Source: Psammoneis japonica (lineage: Eukaryota). From it: DNA of 64,000 nucleotides. The position numbers and the translations under genes were made by a program. The number at the start of each line of letters is the position of its first letter. The stretch's first letter is position 1. The DNA lies in the NCBI GenBank assembly GCA_008632985.1, contig QPGO01000037.1:372001-436000 (forward strand), given 5' to 3'. The notes below the pieces were generated by a model. It was given only the letters and a program-made list of their open reading frames with translations. It did not search any database and was not told the DNA's origin. Shown here one piece after another: positions 1 to 12,629 of this stretch.

Positions 1-344
1 CCAACCCGCCTGCAAGCAAACTCGGCCCAGTGCAGGATTGCAGCCCTTGCGCAGGCCCGCACTTCGAAACCAGTTGGGACACTCCACCAATGGCTTCCAA
101 AGCTGCAGCCTTTGCACCCCGCAAACCATGTGCTGCCAACCTCCATGTGTCGACTGCTGTCACCCTTCACGACCTTCGTCAGGGAAGTGATGGAGATGAC
201 AACTTGCTTCTCGTATCTCCTGATGGGGAGCCTCCTTTTCCCATCATTGAATCTGTTCACAACAGTTCAACCAGTTCATCAGATGGGGAGTTCAGGACAT
301 CCAAGCAGCTTTGTTGTCTTTCGATCCTCCAAGCATCGCACCAC

Positions 345-872
345 AAGATGAGGCCTCCTGATTGGATGCCCCAAGTCTCACACCTTGAGACCAGGCCTCC
401 TGACTGGATGCCTCAAGTCTCGTGCCTTGAGACCAGGCCTCCGGATTGGATCCCTCAAGTCTCGTACCTTGAGACCAGGTCTCCTGATTGGATGTCCCAA
501 GTCTCGCACCTCGAGACTGGGCCTCCTGATCGGATGCCTCAAGTCTCGTACATCGAGACTGGGCCTCCAGATTGGATCGTCCATGTCTCGTGCCTCAAGA
601 CTCGGCCTCCGGATTGGATCCCTCAAGCCTTGCGCCACAAGACTCGGCCCCCCAATTGGATTCCCCAAGTCTCGCACCTCAAGACTTGGCCTCCTGATTG
701 GATCCCCGAAGACTCGTGTCACAAGACTGGCAAGTCCTTTTGGATTCCAGAAGTCTTGCAGCATGGGACTGGTTGCCCCAATCAGACATCTGCAGTCTTG
801 CACCACAAGATGTCTTGCTCCAATCTGATCCCCAAAGGCTTGCACCTTGAGACTCGTTCCTCCAATTGGATC
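345..872 (+). repeat. 42-bp tandem array, about 12-13 copies (14-aa unit RPPDWIPQVS[Y/H/C]LET on +)
   Basis: The unit start gagacc/aagact recurs at 387, 429, 471 ... 849, and copies degrade toward the right. Confidence 0.92.
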
Positions 873-1729
873 AGTCTCTCAGGAGATGCAGCTGAGCTTG
901 CAATCGGATTGGTGGAACACAAGACCACTGCTTGTGCCTTTGAACTCATGCTTGCTCTGTTCCCCAAGTCGTGCAAACGCCATGCCACCCTGCTTGGGCA
1001 CTGCTCTGTTTTTCTGGCAGCAGCCCAGTGTGGCAACCATTCCAAGAACCAACAGACGGCTGTCATTCTTTATGACCTTTGCTCAGGGAGTGAAGGTGAT
1101 GTTAACTTGTTTGCATTGTCCTGCAATGTTGCCCCGCTGTTCAACATTGTCAACCAGACCAAGCTTTGCTCCTTCCATTGCAAGTGCGGATGTGGAATCC
1201 CACAAGATCCCAAGTGTGCCTTGAGCTTTGAAAAGCACAATGGCATCTGCAATTGGGGAGACACAGCTCATCTCAAGATGACCCACTTGGAGAATGCAAC
1301 GTTGCTCCAGGATCTTGATCCTTTCTTGTCTCCTCATGTTTTGGTGCTTTGACTCCAAAGTTCTTTGGTCAATCCGAAGTTGAATCTGTTTCTGTGACTC
1401 TTCAAGCAAACTGGGGAGTGACAGGATTTGAACAGGATTTGGGTGCGCGCGAAATGTCGCACGCTGTTTAGTTCACCGCGCACAGTTTTGTGTGCTCTTC
1501 AGTTCTGCGCGTGCGTGCGATGCAGTTTGCTTTCGAGCCACTTCTGCTCACAAGAATGATGACAGCAGCCCGATTGTGCCAACTTGCACATCTTTTGGCT
1601 CCTGTGACGGTCTCTGAGCGGAGACTCATCTGCCATTTAGACAGCAGCAAGGAGTTGTTGTTTGAATTCTTGCCGTTTGCCTTCAATTTCTGTCAGTCCA
1701 CCCGAATCACAACAAACCCTTCCACATTG

Positions 1730-2480
1730 ATCATGCAAGATGGAAAGCTGGTGGTGCGTTGGTCACAGAAGCTCAGTGCAGCGCAGCAAAATCATTCAGC
1801 CATCAAGAAGGAACTTCTCGGGGCGGCAATGTGTTTCAAAGAATTCCGTTCTATGTTGCTTGGAGCTGATTGCGCTGTTTTGCTTGTCACAAAAATCTCA
1901 CCTTTTGCATGTTCAATTCTCAACAAGCACTCAGGTGGAGGCTCTTTTTGGAGGACTTTGCTCCAACTTTTGAGCATGTTGATGGCAAGGACAACCTGTC
2001 AGCAGACTGCTTCTCGCAATTGCCACGCATGGATCCACCAATGGAAGGGAAGTGCACTCCAAACAAGGACAAACTGATAGATTTCAAGGCGATTGACACT
2101 GCCATGTTGCCTCATGAAGAGGAACTTGACAACACAGACTGTGTGTCTTATTTTGCCTGCTGTCGTGAAGAGCCATCTGAGTTCCATTGTTGATGATCCT
2201 GAGCTGTGTGAATCATTCTTGAACTGTCCCTCACTTGATGAAATGCAAAACCCAACAACCATGCAACAAATCCAGGAGCATCAATTTGTTGATGTGGAGC
2301 TGAACAACATGCAACAACAATGCCCGGAACAATTCATTGTTGAGCATGTGAACCAGCGTCCTGTGATTTGTTGCCATGCTCATCCCAATGTTCCTCCAAC
2401 ACAGTTGAAAATTTGCACCCCTCTGCTGCTTTGTTGCATGATGTGATCCGATGGCATCATGGGACATTGGGACATGTCTT
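1730..2480 (+). pseudogene. Ty3/Gypsy pol relic: RNase H end, linker and start of the integrase H2C2 zinc finger
   Basis: Frameshifted motifs SQKLSAAQQNHSAIKKELL..MCFKEFRSMLLGA, HKNLTF, ALRWRLFLEDF..TFEHVDGKDNLSADCFSQLP and IRWHHGTLGH match the Gypsy consensus (AQxNYSxxEKELL, TDHKNL, RWxLxLxxF, IxYxxGKxNxxADxLSR, WYHxxLxH). Confidence 0.85.
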
Positions 2481-2858
2481 CTGCATGCAGCGCAGAAAGT
2501 TCAACGCTCTTGTCGCTTTTAAAAAACTGTCTCTTCACCTTTGTTGTTGAGCGCATCGTCACCAAATCCATTTGCAATATGCTTCGAAGCAAACACACCC
2601 AGCTGGTGTGGATGGATCATCTCGATGATTGCCGCGAAGAGCTGGAGGACACGACCCCCAACTTGCATCAAAAGCAGCGTCAAGCGTGCTCTGCTCGGTG
2701 GCGCAGGCCGCGATACTACAGCCACAGGAAAACATACAAAAGCGTGCCATTCAGGAATACACCTTTGGAAAGTGTTTGACTTATCCGGTGTGACGACTTG
2801 ATAGAATAACTTGTAGTTTGAGATTCTACTTCCCTACGGTTAACTGACACACACTGGA

Positions 2859-4784
2859 TTACTCGTTTTGACGAAGCGCTTTCGCAATAAGAACCTTCTC
2901 TTCATTGCTTGGTGGGCTTGAGCCTTCCATAAGCATCATGTAACAACCGACAGTTGCAGAGAGCGACTCTTGTCGACCTTCCGTTGCGAAGGACGGCTCT
3001 TCCACGAACTTTTGAATCACTGGAAGAAGAGCTCTCGAGCAAGGTCGCCTCTTCCGAGGTGTTGGCTTTGCAACGTCGCACCAAATTTCCAAAACATGAC
3101 ATGACCATATGACGGATGATGAAATCTCAGGCAGCGGCTTGCTTGTCAGTCGATTTAAGTGCGCGACTGCTGTACCCTGAATTACGTCACTAGTTATCAA
3201 CTCATGTTGCAGTAGGGTTGTATCGTCCGCTGATGACAGAACTGCGACGAGTGCTGGTAACAATGACGCCGTTGCTGCATCTATATCATCACTTTGTGAT
3301 TCTATCTGAGTGAAGCGAAGAGCCGTTTTGAGCGCAGTCAATGTTGGTTCCACCTCGTGCGGCAAATCTTCAGTCATTTCTGGTAGCAAAGCACCCATAA
3401 CACGGCATGAACAGATGCTGACGGTGTCGCACTTGTGACTCGTTGACTTGTCGTCAAAGAGTAACCAGTACTCAAGCGTGGCGTGGAGAGCATCCCTGAG
3501 GGAATGGCGCACATGAAGCAAAGAATCGGGATTCAATGGCAGCACCTCACCACCACGTTCTTCAATCTGTACCAACTGAATCATAAATTCCATTGCAGCC
3601 ACTATTATGCGACCACACGCTTCCACAATGACAAAAGAATCACCTGTATCAGAAGCGTCGTTGTGTGGATGTTGCTCCAGAATTAAACCAAGCTGAATTC
3701 GCCATTCTCCGGAGGCCATTCTCAAAAGCCCACATACACTTGACGCACGACCCAAGTCTCCGGATGAAGATGCGCTGACAAACAACCATTCCCAGCCACA
3801 TTGGTCTACAAGAGATCCAAGCACTTCCCACGCCATGGCGCGTCGTCCTCCAACTATGGGGGTGTGTTTCCCAGAATCCTCTTGTGTCGCCACCGTTGCA
3901 AAAAGTATCTTAATAAGTGATGTGACAGCCTCGCTGTTCCTATCGTTCAAAAGCCATTGAGAAAAGGAGACCGACAAAGTTTGTGATGATGCTATGGCGC
4001 CGGTACATGAAAGAACAACTCCATACCAATCTGTTGTCGTCGAACCAGTCTGCCCACAAACGCAAAACTTGATCACCAGCCCATAAAATTCCGGGACTTC
4101 ATTGTTGTGTAGGCATACAATAGAGCCATGTCGCTGCATCACAGAAGCAACAGTAGCATTCCATTGGTCATCCAAACTCGCACTCTGATCGTGAGTGTAT
4201 ATCGCCTCAAGAGTCTCTCTCACGAGCTGCCAATCGCTTGAGCCTGGCTTAGATGTGAATCTCGCAGTATCTATTGCATTCTTCCCCAATGTCCGAGTTA
4301 TCTCAAAGCGATGCCAAATGCTTGAGATGGCGCACTCGACCGTTTTTGAAGCGCCACTGTTTGTTTTCTGTAGGAGAGAGGCGTCCAAACAATCACCCAT
4401 GGTAGAGACCAACTCCACGTCCACAAGTTCCACCTGTGCGCAGTCCATGCGAACCTCCAATGCTCGCACGAGAGCTTGCAAAAGTAATTCTAACTCGTCC
4501 TTGTCTTTCAGCCACTCAGAGGAGCATTTGGAAAGAAACGCAAGCACGGCCCGTACAAACATTGATTCATAATTTTCACCGCCGCTCGCAAGAACGCGAA
4601 TCACAAAGGCGTAAAGGACTGGATATGACTTACATAGCTCGTTCAGTCTATTGCTATCCTGAACGCGTGTAAGGAGCACCACAGAGACCATAAGCCGTTC
4701 GCTCGAGAAATCGGAGCCAGCAGTGTCCTTCTCGAGGCCCTGCAACAGCGCCTCCACCTTGCGGACAAGAATAGTATCATCCAT
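2859..4784 (-). CDS. Neurochondrin-like ARM-repeat protein, single exon
   Basis: Intact ORF of about 640 aa. Segments ERLMVSVVLLTRV, FVIRVLASG, LLRMASGEWRIQL, VRHSLRDALHATLEY and SCRVMGALLPE follow the order of neurochondrin-family blocks. Confidence 0.6.
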   Translation of the reverse strand: MDDTILVRKVEALLQGLEKDTAGSDFSSERLMVSVVLLTRVQDSNRLNELCKSYPVLYAFVIRVLASGGENYESMFVRAVLAFLSKCSSEWLKDKDELELLLQALVRALEVRMDCAQVELVDVELVSTMGDCLDASLLQKTNSGASKTVECAISSIWHRFEITRTLGKNAIDTARFTSKPGSSDWQLVRETLEAIYTHDQSASLDDQWNATVASVMQRHGSIVCLHNNEVPEFYGLVIKFCVCGQTGSTTTDWYGVVLSCTGAIASSQTLSVSFSQWLLNDRNSEAVTSLIKILFATVATQEDSGKHTPIVGGRRAMAWEVLGSLVDQCGWEWLFVSASSSGDLGRASSVCGLLRMASGEWRIQLGLILEQHPHNDASDTGDSFVIVEACGRIIVAAMEFMIQLVQIEERGGEVLPLNPDSLLHVRHSLRDALHATLEYWLLFDDKSTSHKCDTVSICSCRVMGALLPEMTEDLPHEVEPTLTALKTALRFTQIESQSDDIDAATASLLPALVAVLSSADDTTLLQHELITSDVIQGTAVAHLNRLTSKPLPEISSSVIWSCHVLEIWCDVAKPTPRKRRPCSRALLPVIQKFVEEPSFATEGRQESLSATVGCYMMLMEGSSPPSNEEKVLIAKALRQNE

Positions 4785-5047
4785 TGCCGATTCTGTGCTA
4801 CTTCCTACTTCCAGCAACGCGTTTCTCTAATTTGAAATTATCTCATTAAGTTCATAAACCTGTCTGTCTCTGATTCTCAGGCGCTTCTGGTGAATGCAGG
4901 TACTTTCACCGGTGCAACAAATTGAAAATTGGAACTAATGAAATCTCCTCATCGCATCATGCATCATGCATCATGGTCAACACTCAACACCCAACACGCT
5001 GGTCGCGTTCGAGGTCAGAGGAAACAACTCGGTTGACGGACGGATGG

Positions 5048-5357
5048 TGATAGGAAATGGGTAAGAACTGGGTACTCGCCTGAGAGTGTCTTGGGTGATC
5101 AAGTCCGTGCACTGACAGGAGAGAGTAAGCTAGAGCCTAATCTAGAAACAGTACCTTGCGATGATGCTTTGTCTAGAAGTTGTGAGAGATTCTGAGCTAG
5201 TCTCAGAATCGACATGGCTGTCAGAACGGATAGATTCCGACAGGTTGTTGAAACACTCCGAAAGATCAGTGAATTTCAGTCACAAACCCGACTGAACACA
5301 TGTGCTGTCTTCGAACATGAGGTTCCAACATAAAAGGGTCATGTGGGATCCCTGTCA
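5048..5357 (-). repeat. 3' LTR (310 bp)
   Basis: Direct repeat of 12630-12939 with 10 substitutions and no indels, from tgatagg to cctgtca. Confidence 0.97.
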
Positions 5358-5370
5358 CCCCCCTTGAACC
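5358..5370 (-). other. Polypurine tract
   Basis: Minus strand GGTTCAAGGGGGG directly abuts the 3' LTR. Confidence 0.8.
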
Positions 5371-5394
5371 AAATGAGGGAAGATGAGAAGGGGC

Positions 5395-8300
5395 TCATGA
5401 CAGCATGTGTGCAGGCAGGCGCCACAGGACACGGTCGACCATGACCCAAATTTTGTCTGCACATTGAGTTTTGGTGAGGCAGTCCGCCAATTGACTTTCC
5501 GCGGGAACCCAAACAAGCAAGTGATGACCGAGTCGCTGCCCTTCACGGACATGTTGGAAGCGTCGCTCAACATGTCGGGTTCGTCAAGTTTGTTGGTCGT
5601 TTTGGGCCATTTGGACTGCGGCTTGGTTGTCCAACATGAGGATTGTGGGAGTGGTGGACAGTCGCTGGGAGTCAATGGAGCAGTGGCAAGTGCCAAGGAA
5701 GGTGAAGTCGTGGGCCAACATGCGCAGGTGAGCGACAGCCACAGCGCCAGTGCAGGCTCCCATCCACTCAGATTCGGCAGTGGACATTGCGACAGGGGTT
5801 GGGACAGTGGAATTGGCTTCCACTGTTGCCCCATTGAAGCAGACCATAAATCCAACGGTTGACTTGGCGGTGTCCGGACAATCCTGCCAGCTGGCATCGG
5901 TGAAGACCACAAATTCAGAATGACTGATGTTGTGAGCTTCGCAAATCGCGTGAACAGGGCTCGCGGTGGGATCAGAATAAAATTTGATGGCGAGGTCTTG
6001 ATGTTTGCGGAGACAGCCAAAAAGGTGGACGAGAGCATCAAAATCCTTCATGCCAGGGTTGGTGCAAGCCTTTGCAAGTTTGCAGGTGATCCAGAGAATG
6101 TCAGCGCGAGTGTTGCAGGCGAGATAAAGGATGGAGCAGACAGCGGATCGAAAATGGAGACCAGGATGCTTGTTCGCGATTTGCTTGGATTCGGCGGTGT
6201 CCTTGGGTTGATTCGCTTTGGAGTGCACATGGTCAACGGGGGCTGGGGCATCCTGAAAGCTGGGGCTGCCCCAAGGCGAGATGGGAGCAAGGAACCGCTT
6301 GAGGAGATTGCGCACATGTTGATGTTGGTCGAGAGAGAAGGAGCCGTCGGAATGTCGGTGAATGCGCATCTGCAAGAACCAGGCAACGTCACCGTTGAAT
6401 GTGATGTTGCACCTGGATCGTGTGAGATTCTCAAAGTCCTTTTCGACTCTATCGTGAGACCCAAAGTAGATGACATCATCCGTGTAGAAAATGAGCTTGA
6501 GATGTGAGCCGTCGGGGAAGTGCTTGGCAAAGAAGGTGGGATCTGCCTTGGAATTGGTGCATCCTTGGGCAAGCAAAAATTCGGAGAGCTCGGTTGACCA
6601 CCAAAGACCGCTGCGGATGGTCCCGTGCATGCCTTTCTTGAGACGGAGGGGTGCACCAAAATATTCAGCAAATTCAGGAAAATGTTGCTTCAGAATCGGG
6701 TCGAATCGAACAAATGGGCGGCCGCGAGCGGGGGCTTGAAGGCAAGCACCGACGAAATCACCATTCTTGACGTGTCGTTTGGCCTTTGCTGCAAAAGCCA
6801 GGAAGAGCTTGATGGCACGAGAGGATGCGTTTGGTGACCAATTGTCGTCATCGGCTGATTTGCGTTGCATGTCGCCGCGCGCACAGTGTCGAGCCTTGAG
6901 TTTCTCCAGAGAGCCGTCGGATTTCTCCTTGGCACGTAGAGCAAGTGTGGTGCCGATGATCTCATCGTCTGGACGGGGACATTCATGAAGAGCAAAAGTT
7001 CCATTGTCCACGATGAGGTTCTTGAGCTCAGATCAGACGGCACGAAGCCAGGCATCGCGAATCGCAGGAGGTTGTCTGAGGATGGCTCGAAAAGAGCGGG
7101 GAACGGGTGAGCAGTCATCAATGGGAATTGAAGAGGTGGCCTGGACGGCTTCCAAGGCCTGTTGCAAAGGATCCGGGCATTTGCACCAATTGCAGTCAGG
7201 CCAAGGAGATTTGACGGAGGCGCTGCACGCAGATTCCATGGCGAGCGAGTCGTCGAAGAGAGTTTGTTCGAGGAGATTGACTGGGGGAGTGGAGGAGGTT
7301 ACAGCGTAGAGTTGCTCCTCGTCCGCGAAGCGTGCGGAAGTGCGGAGGCCAGCGTTGGTGCGAGTGGATCGTCTGAGACCGGTTGTAGCGGGTGCAGGGG
7401 ATGGTGGCGCTGAATTGGATTCATCGGATTCCGGAGGCGCTTCGGTGAGAGTGGAGGAATGAGGGGGTGAGTCAACGTCAAGGAAATCTTGAATGGCACC
7501 CGCATGTTCATCCACCGGAATCTCGTCGCATGTCTTGAGGCCAGAGGCGTCGTTGGAGATGTTCCGGATCGGGAGTGCACCAGAGAAGGGGACGTGGTCG
7601 TGCACGAGTGATGATTCGAAAAGTTCGTCGAAGACAGCATCATGCGCTGCAATCAGATTCTTGGTGCCGATGCCCTCAGGAACATGGATGAGGCAGCCAG
7701 CCTGGTTTGGTGCGAAACCTACATGAATGCCACGAGATCGACGTTGAATCTGTTGTTGGGTGGTGGTCGGGCAACGAGTTGCCGGGTTGAGAGGTTGGCA
7801 TCTGTCAAAAGTGACGGGACATCCAAAGACCCGAAAATTGCCAATCTTTGGAAGTCTGTTGAATGCATGGCAGTGCGGTGTAGCCAGGGAGCCATCAGGG
7901 AGCCACGTGCCTTTGGCTGGGAGAACATTCAGGATGGCGACGGCATGGACAAATGCATGATGGCAGAAGTGTGCCGAGAGTCGTGCGTTGACAAGGAGGC
8001 AACGAATCATCCGGCTTGCGACTTGCCACATGCGTTCCGCGACCCCGTTCTGCTCCTGGTGACGTGGAGCGGCAACATCGACCTTGATTCCATTGTCTTC
8101 ACCAAAGGCAAGAAATTCGGAGGACAGAAAGTGTGTTGCGGAGTCCGCGCGGATGAAGTTTATTTCTTGGATTTGTCCCTGGGATTGCACTTCGGTCATC
8201 CATGATTTAAAGGCGGCGATGATGTTGCCAGATGATGGGCTCTCGAGGCCACGAACACCGCAGTGGTGTCCTTTGTGGGTTGCCAAAAAGAGGTGGCAGG

Positions 8301-11300
8301 GAAAAGACGTTTTTGGGGTGAGTGCGACTGTGTGAGGGTTGGGAATTATGTCCACAAACACACGTGAAAATGTGTGTGTTGGTTCAGTTGGGTCACACTT
8401 GACGCGGTTGCGCTTTCGGGAGATGGCGATGCGCGCGTTGTCGAGACAGTCGTCAGTCCCGGGGGCAACATGGCAGTCGCGCCAAACTTCGCCAACTGTG
8501 CCCGCCAAAAGGCTCTGAGAGGAGCGACAACCGAAATGGCGACCTGCAAGGTCAAGGTCGATTGCATGTGTCGTTGGTTTCGATGAGCCTTGGGCGTCGG
8601 TTGCTTCCGTCAACGGGAGGTCGGAAGTGGGTTCCGGTTCTGTGGCAGCTGTGACATCGTGACAGGAGCGCCTGTGACGGAGAATCGGGAAGCTGAATGT
8701 GTGTCCGTCGCCAAAGTCAAGTGTCGTGATGTTGGCAGTGATTCGGACATTGAAGAGTTCATTGGCCGTGAAGGAGGGTGCCGAAAACAAGTTCCGGTTG
8801 AGGCCGGGGATGCAATGGATGCGATCGAGAACAAGGTTGACCGGATGTCCTTGGTCGTCTTGAAAACGGAGGGTGACGGATCCAACTTTCGTGGCATGAA
8901 TGGTGGTGCCGTCTGCAACAACAACAGGGACGTGACAGGAGGTGCTGTTGTCAAGTGAGTCGTGACGAACGAAATGGGAAGAGGCACCAGAGTCGACAAA
9001 CCAACTGCTGATGTCCGTGAGGTCGGAGTCGCGGGGCAGTTGGTGAGGTCGGCACTGGTTGGGATCGTCGGCCATGCAGGCAATTTGAACGTGACAGTCA
9101 GCGGTGTTGCATGAGAAACGGGGGATGGTGTGGACCACATCGACAGAGTCACAGCTGAGATCAGATGTGATGGAGTCGATGTCATCGTCAGAGATTGCAG
9201 TGTGCCCGGATGCGTAAGATGCCGTGGTGAAAGCGTCGTGGAAGTCGAAGCAGACTGGTGATTCCTCGGGAGAGTTCCCGGGGGGCGGTTCATCAAAAGG
9301 GCAGGCCGTGGCATCATCCGGTTCGCATGGGCGACGGACCAAAGACGGCACAGTGGATGATGATTCCGTGCTGGAGTCGCAATCATGATGTTCAAGGGGC
9401 GGAGGACCAGCAGAGTGCGAGTTGGCGGAGAGAGTGTCGTTGCCATCAATCGAAGAGATGTCATCGAGGAGGTCCTGGAGAGTGATGGCAGGCACAGTTC
9501 CATGAGTGGAGGAAGATGCGATCGAGTCACTCGTGGAGCAGCAGGCAGATGAGTCGTCATCAAAGGAGACGTGGCGTGGTGCCAGGGTTGGGATAGAGTC
9601 GGAAGAGGAGGGACAACAGGAGTGAGTGTCCTCCATGTCAGCTCGAGTAGCGCAGAAAATGATTTGGTCCTTCCGGGGAGGTGCCTTTGCGCGGCAGTGC
9701 ATGGCAGGTGCAGTGGCTGCGAGAGTGGTCTTTTTGGAGTCCTTGGCAAGTTCGGGACAGTCGGGACAAAGGTGCCCCTTTTTTTTGCATTGACAGCACG
9801 TGACTTCGCTGAGGTCGCGAGGAGGTTTGGTAGCAGGTTGATCTTTGGGTGTGCCCTGCTTCAGATCACGGAGCCGAGAGCGACAGACGGAGGCGTTGTG
9901 GTTGCGTTTTCCACAGCAGTCGCAGATCTCGGTTGCGTTAGGTTGGTTTGGGCGACGGTGCTGCTGTTGCTGTCGTTGTGCATTCCGAGGAGTGCGTTTG
10001 ACGGTAGCAAGGTGAGCATGGTTGTTGTGAGAGCGGGAGCGGGAGCCATGCGAGAGCCGATCACGATGCTGTTGGTTGTGATGCTGCTCGTCGATGTCAT
10101 AAAACGTTTGCCGGATGTCCTTAAATCGAGGAGCGGTGGCAGAGGAGAGACGAGCAGCAGTGCGAAATTCGGATTCGAATTGCTTGATGGCAGCGTCGTA
10201 GCGGGGATGGCTGCCCATTTGGCCGAGAAAATGGGCACTGACATCCGCATCAGTCTTGACGGGAAGGCCGGCGTTCTTGTAGCTCCGGAGTTTTCGTTCA
10301 AACCGTTGGATGGAGCTGCTGGCGGACTCGTCCGAGTTGCGAAAGACTTGGAGGTAGTCGTTTGAGCAGTGGTTGCTGTGTTCCTGAGTGATGGGCGCAC
10401 AGCGTAGCTGGAGTTCTTCGAGAGCAAGTTTGCCGGAACGCGATCCAAGGTCAGAAATGTCAGATTGGTGCGTTGCGTCCACATGCGTCCAGAGGAGAGC
10501 ACAGAGGGCGCTGTTGGCATGGTCTGGAAGTGGGCGGAGAGGGACAGAGGGAAAATTATCGAGCACACCATTGAATTCCGGAAATGATGCGAAGGTCCCA
10601 CGTAAGTCATTCAAGAATGCATAAAATTTTTGTCGTCGTGTGTGCGGATTCTGATGGTGCTTCAGAGTGCGCAAATTTGTGTGGGATGCATGCTTCATCA
10701 GTGAATTCGACAAGGATTCCGAGGTGCGCTCGCTGGCGACATGAGAGAAAACAGTGTCGTCGACTGATGAGTGGTGGGCGGACGGGCAAGCGGGGTGTGG
10801 TCGTGGGGTGAGGGCAAGGCAGAACATGAGTTCCAAGTAAAGGGACTCGGCTTCGCGCATCATGTCCTGAAAACGACGAAGTGCTAGAGTGCTTGCTTCG
10901 CAGGCAGGGTGTCGACGAAGGAGGTGCTCGAAAGACGTTTTTGCCGAATCGACAGTGTCGCGAAGCTCAACGGCACGTTCATTCTCACGATGGAAAAACG
11001 GTGCAAGAGCTTGTTGGGTGTCGAAGAGAGCCTCGAAGGTGACGAGACGAACCTGGACGTTGATGTCTTGGTCGACGGATGGGGCAGATGCGTCAGAGGT
11101 GTCGGGCGAAGCTGGAGAAGGTGAGTCGACTGCAGGAGTGTGAGCAGGAGAGGCAAGAGCCTCATCAAGTGCTCCATCCATTTCGTTTGACATGGGAGCA
11201 ACAACATCAAAAAGCGGTGTCGCGGAGGTTGATGACGGGTCGACATGGGAGAGAGCAGGAGTGGCTTGATCCGTTGGAGATGAAAGCGGGGGGAATTCCT

Positions 11301-12471
11301 CAGGGGACCCCAGTGGTGCAGTGACAGTGGGAGTGGGTGGCGGGTCGTCAGCAATGGGTTGAGACCCCCCTTGAGCTGATGCACCGTGCTCATCGTCGGA
11401 GTGTACGGTTTCAACGGTGACATAGATGAAGTGATCCGAAGAGGGGTGCGGAGGCTGCTGCGGGCCACTGTCTTGACACTTTCTTGTTTCAGGCTGAAAA
11501 AAAAAAAAATCAGCGTCTGGATGATAAAAGGGTTTAGAGCGGGACATGCCGTGGCGGAGACGGTAGGATCGTAGGGCATGGTGTTCCTGGTTGGGAGTCA
11601 TCCGGAGTGATTTCCGCGAGCGTGAGTTGGTTCGACGTTTTCGGGGGCGCGGCCGAGAAAAGTGAGCAGAGGGCGCGGGGTCATCGCGTGCGGAAGGTTT
11701 CGGAATGCGGTCATGCAAAGTGTCCAAATCGACATGTAAAATGTCAAGGGATGTGTCGACATCTGTCAATTGGTCGTGGATCGCGCGGTCACAGAGATTG
11801 TGCTCGGGGTCGAAAAACTCGGATTCGTCGTGAGTGGCTTGATCCAATGACGTGTCAAGTCGAGCACGAGAGTGCTTGATGACGCGAAAGTTGGAGTAGA
11901 GCTTTTCAGTCTCGGGTTGGAGACGATCAACGCGGGCCTGGGCCTGAGCAAGACGTTCGCTGAGAGCGGCGCGGACGCCAGCTTTGACACGAGAGAGACG
12001 GAGCTCGTCAGGTGTAGGCCGAGCAGGAGCCGGGGTGCGTTTGACCGAAGCAACAGAGCGACGAAGAGCGCGTTGGGTACGATGGCGAGCGGTCTTGGTG
12101 CGCTTGCGAGTCAGCTGCGAAACAGCATGAAGGGTCCTGGGCAAAGTGACGGGTTTGCCGTTGCGAAGGCCACGAACAGATGAGCGAACACGGCGCTCAA
12201 AATCCACAGTGTCGGTAGAGCTAGAGAGCGTGCGGTGGATGGCACGTTGAGAGCGACGGGTGGAGACCTTGTTGTGCCTGGGGGCCTGCTGCGAGGGCTT
12301 GGAAGGCGGCTTGGAGCGTGGCGCAGATGTGCGCTTGATGCAACGGGTGGTGGGGTGGTGCACGCCCTGGGTCACGCGACGAGAACGACGACGACGTGCG
12401 GTGTACATGCCAGCATGCTGGACAATGGAGCCAGCATCAACATTGTGACAACGGTCACGAGGGTCGGCCAT
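5395..12471 (-). pseudogene. Single-frame Gag-Pol polyprotein with two in-frame TGA stops (7033-7035, 5584-5586) and many Tyr-to-His/Cys changes; start codon uncertain
   Basis: ORFs 7033-12684 and 5584-7011 and the tail to 5395 share one frame. The stops sit at Arg positions (WLRAV*SELK, QT*RTRHVERRF), consistent with CGA-to-TGA. Confidence 0.9.
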
Positions 12472-12611
12472 GGGGACGTCATCGACGGAGCGTCCGTGGA
12501 CCGTAAAAACTTCATGCGAAGAAAGTGCGTGCGAAGACGGCTTGGGAGAGGAAGCATTGCGAGACGCATGAGCAGCGCTCGGCTTGAAAGAAGCGGTCGT
12601 GTTGGACTGAA

Positions 12612-12629
12612 CCGGAAGCATTGCAACCA
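12612..12629 (-). other. Primer-binding site (priming tRNA not identified)
   Basis: Minus strand TGGTTGCAATGCTTCCGG begins immediately after the 5' LTR, and TGG is complementary to tRNA CCA. Confidence 0.7.

Larger units (their letters stand above)
1..2700. mobile_element. Decayed repeat/TE block, TpA-depleted (continues off the left edge)
   Basis: Very few TA dinucleotides and overlapping Cys/His-rich pseudo-ORFs. Contains a 42-bp tandem array and a Gypsy pol fragment. TA frequency returns to normal at about 2710. Confidence 0.75.

Noticed and set aside
345..872. 42-bp array (and the 186-bp array at 29300-30135) as a CRISPR array
   Set aside because: The units are contiguous and degenerate, with no unique spacers and no cas genes, in a eukaryotic context.
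5048..5054. Perfect terminal inverted repeat TGACAGG/CCTGTCA suggesting CA is ancestral (classical RIP polarity)
   Set aside because: This is a single ambiguous site, and LTR terminal repeats are often imperfect. The Tyr codons, splice donors, TATA run and global TA depletion all indicate TA loss.
5584..7035. In-frame TGA codons as readthrough or selenocysteine
   Set aside because: They fall at Arg positions and are explained by CGA-to-TGA deamination.
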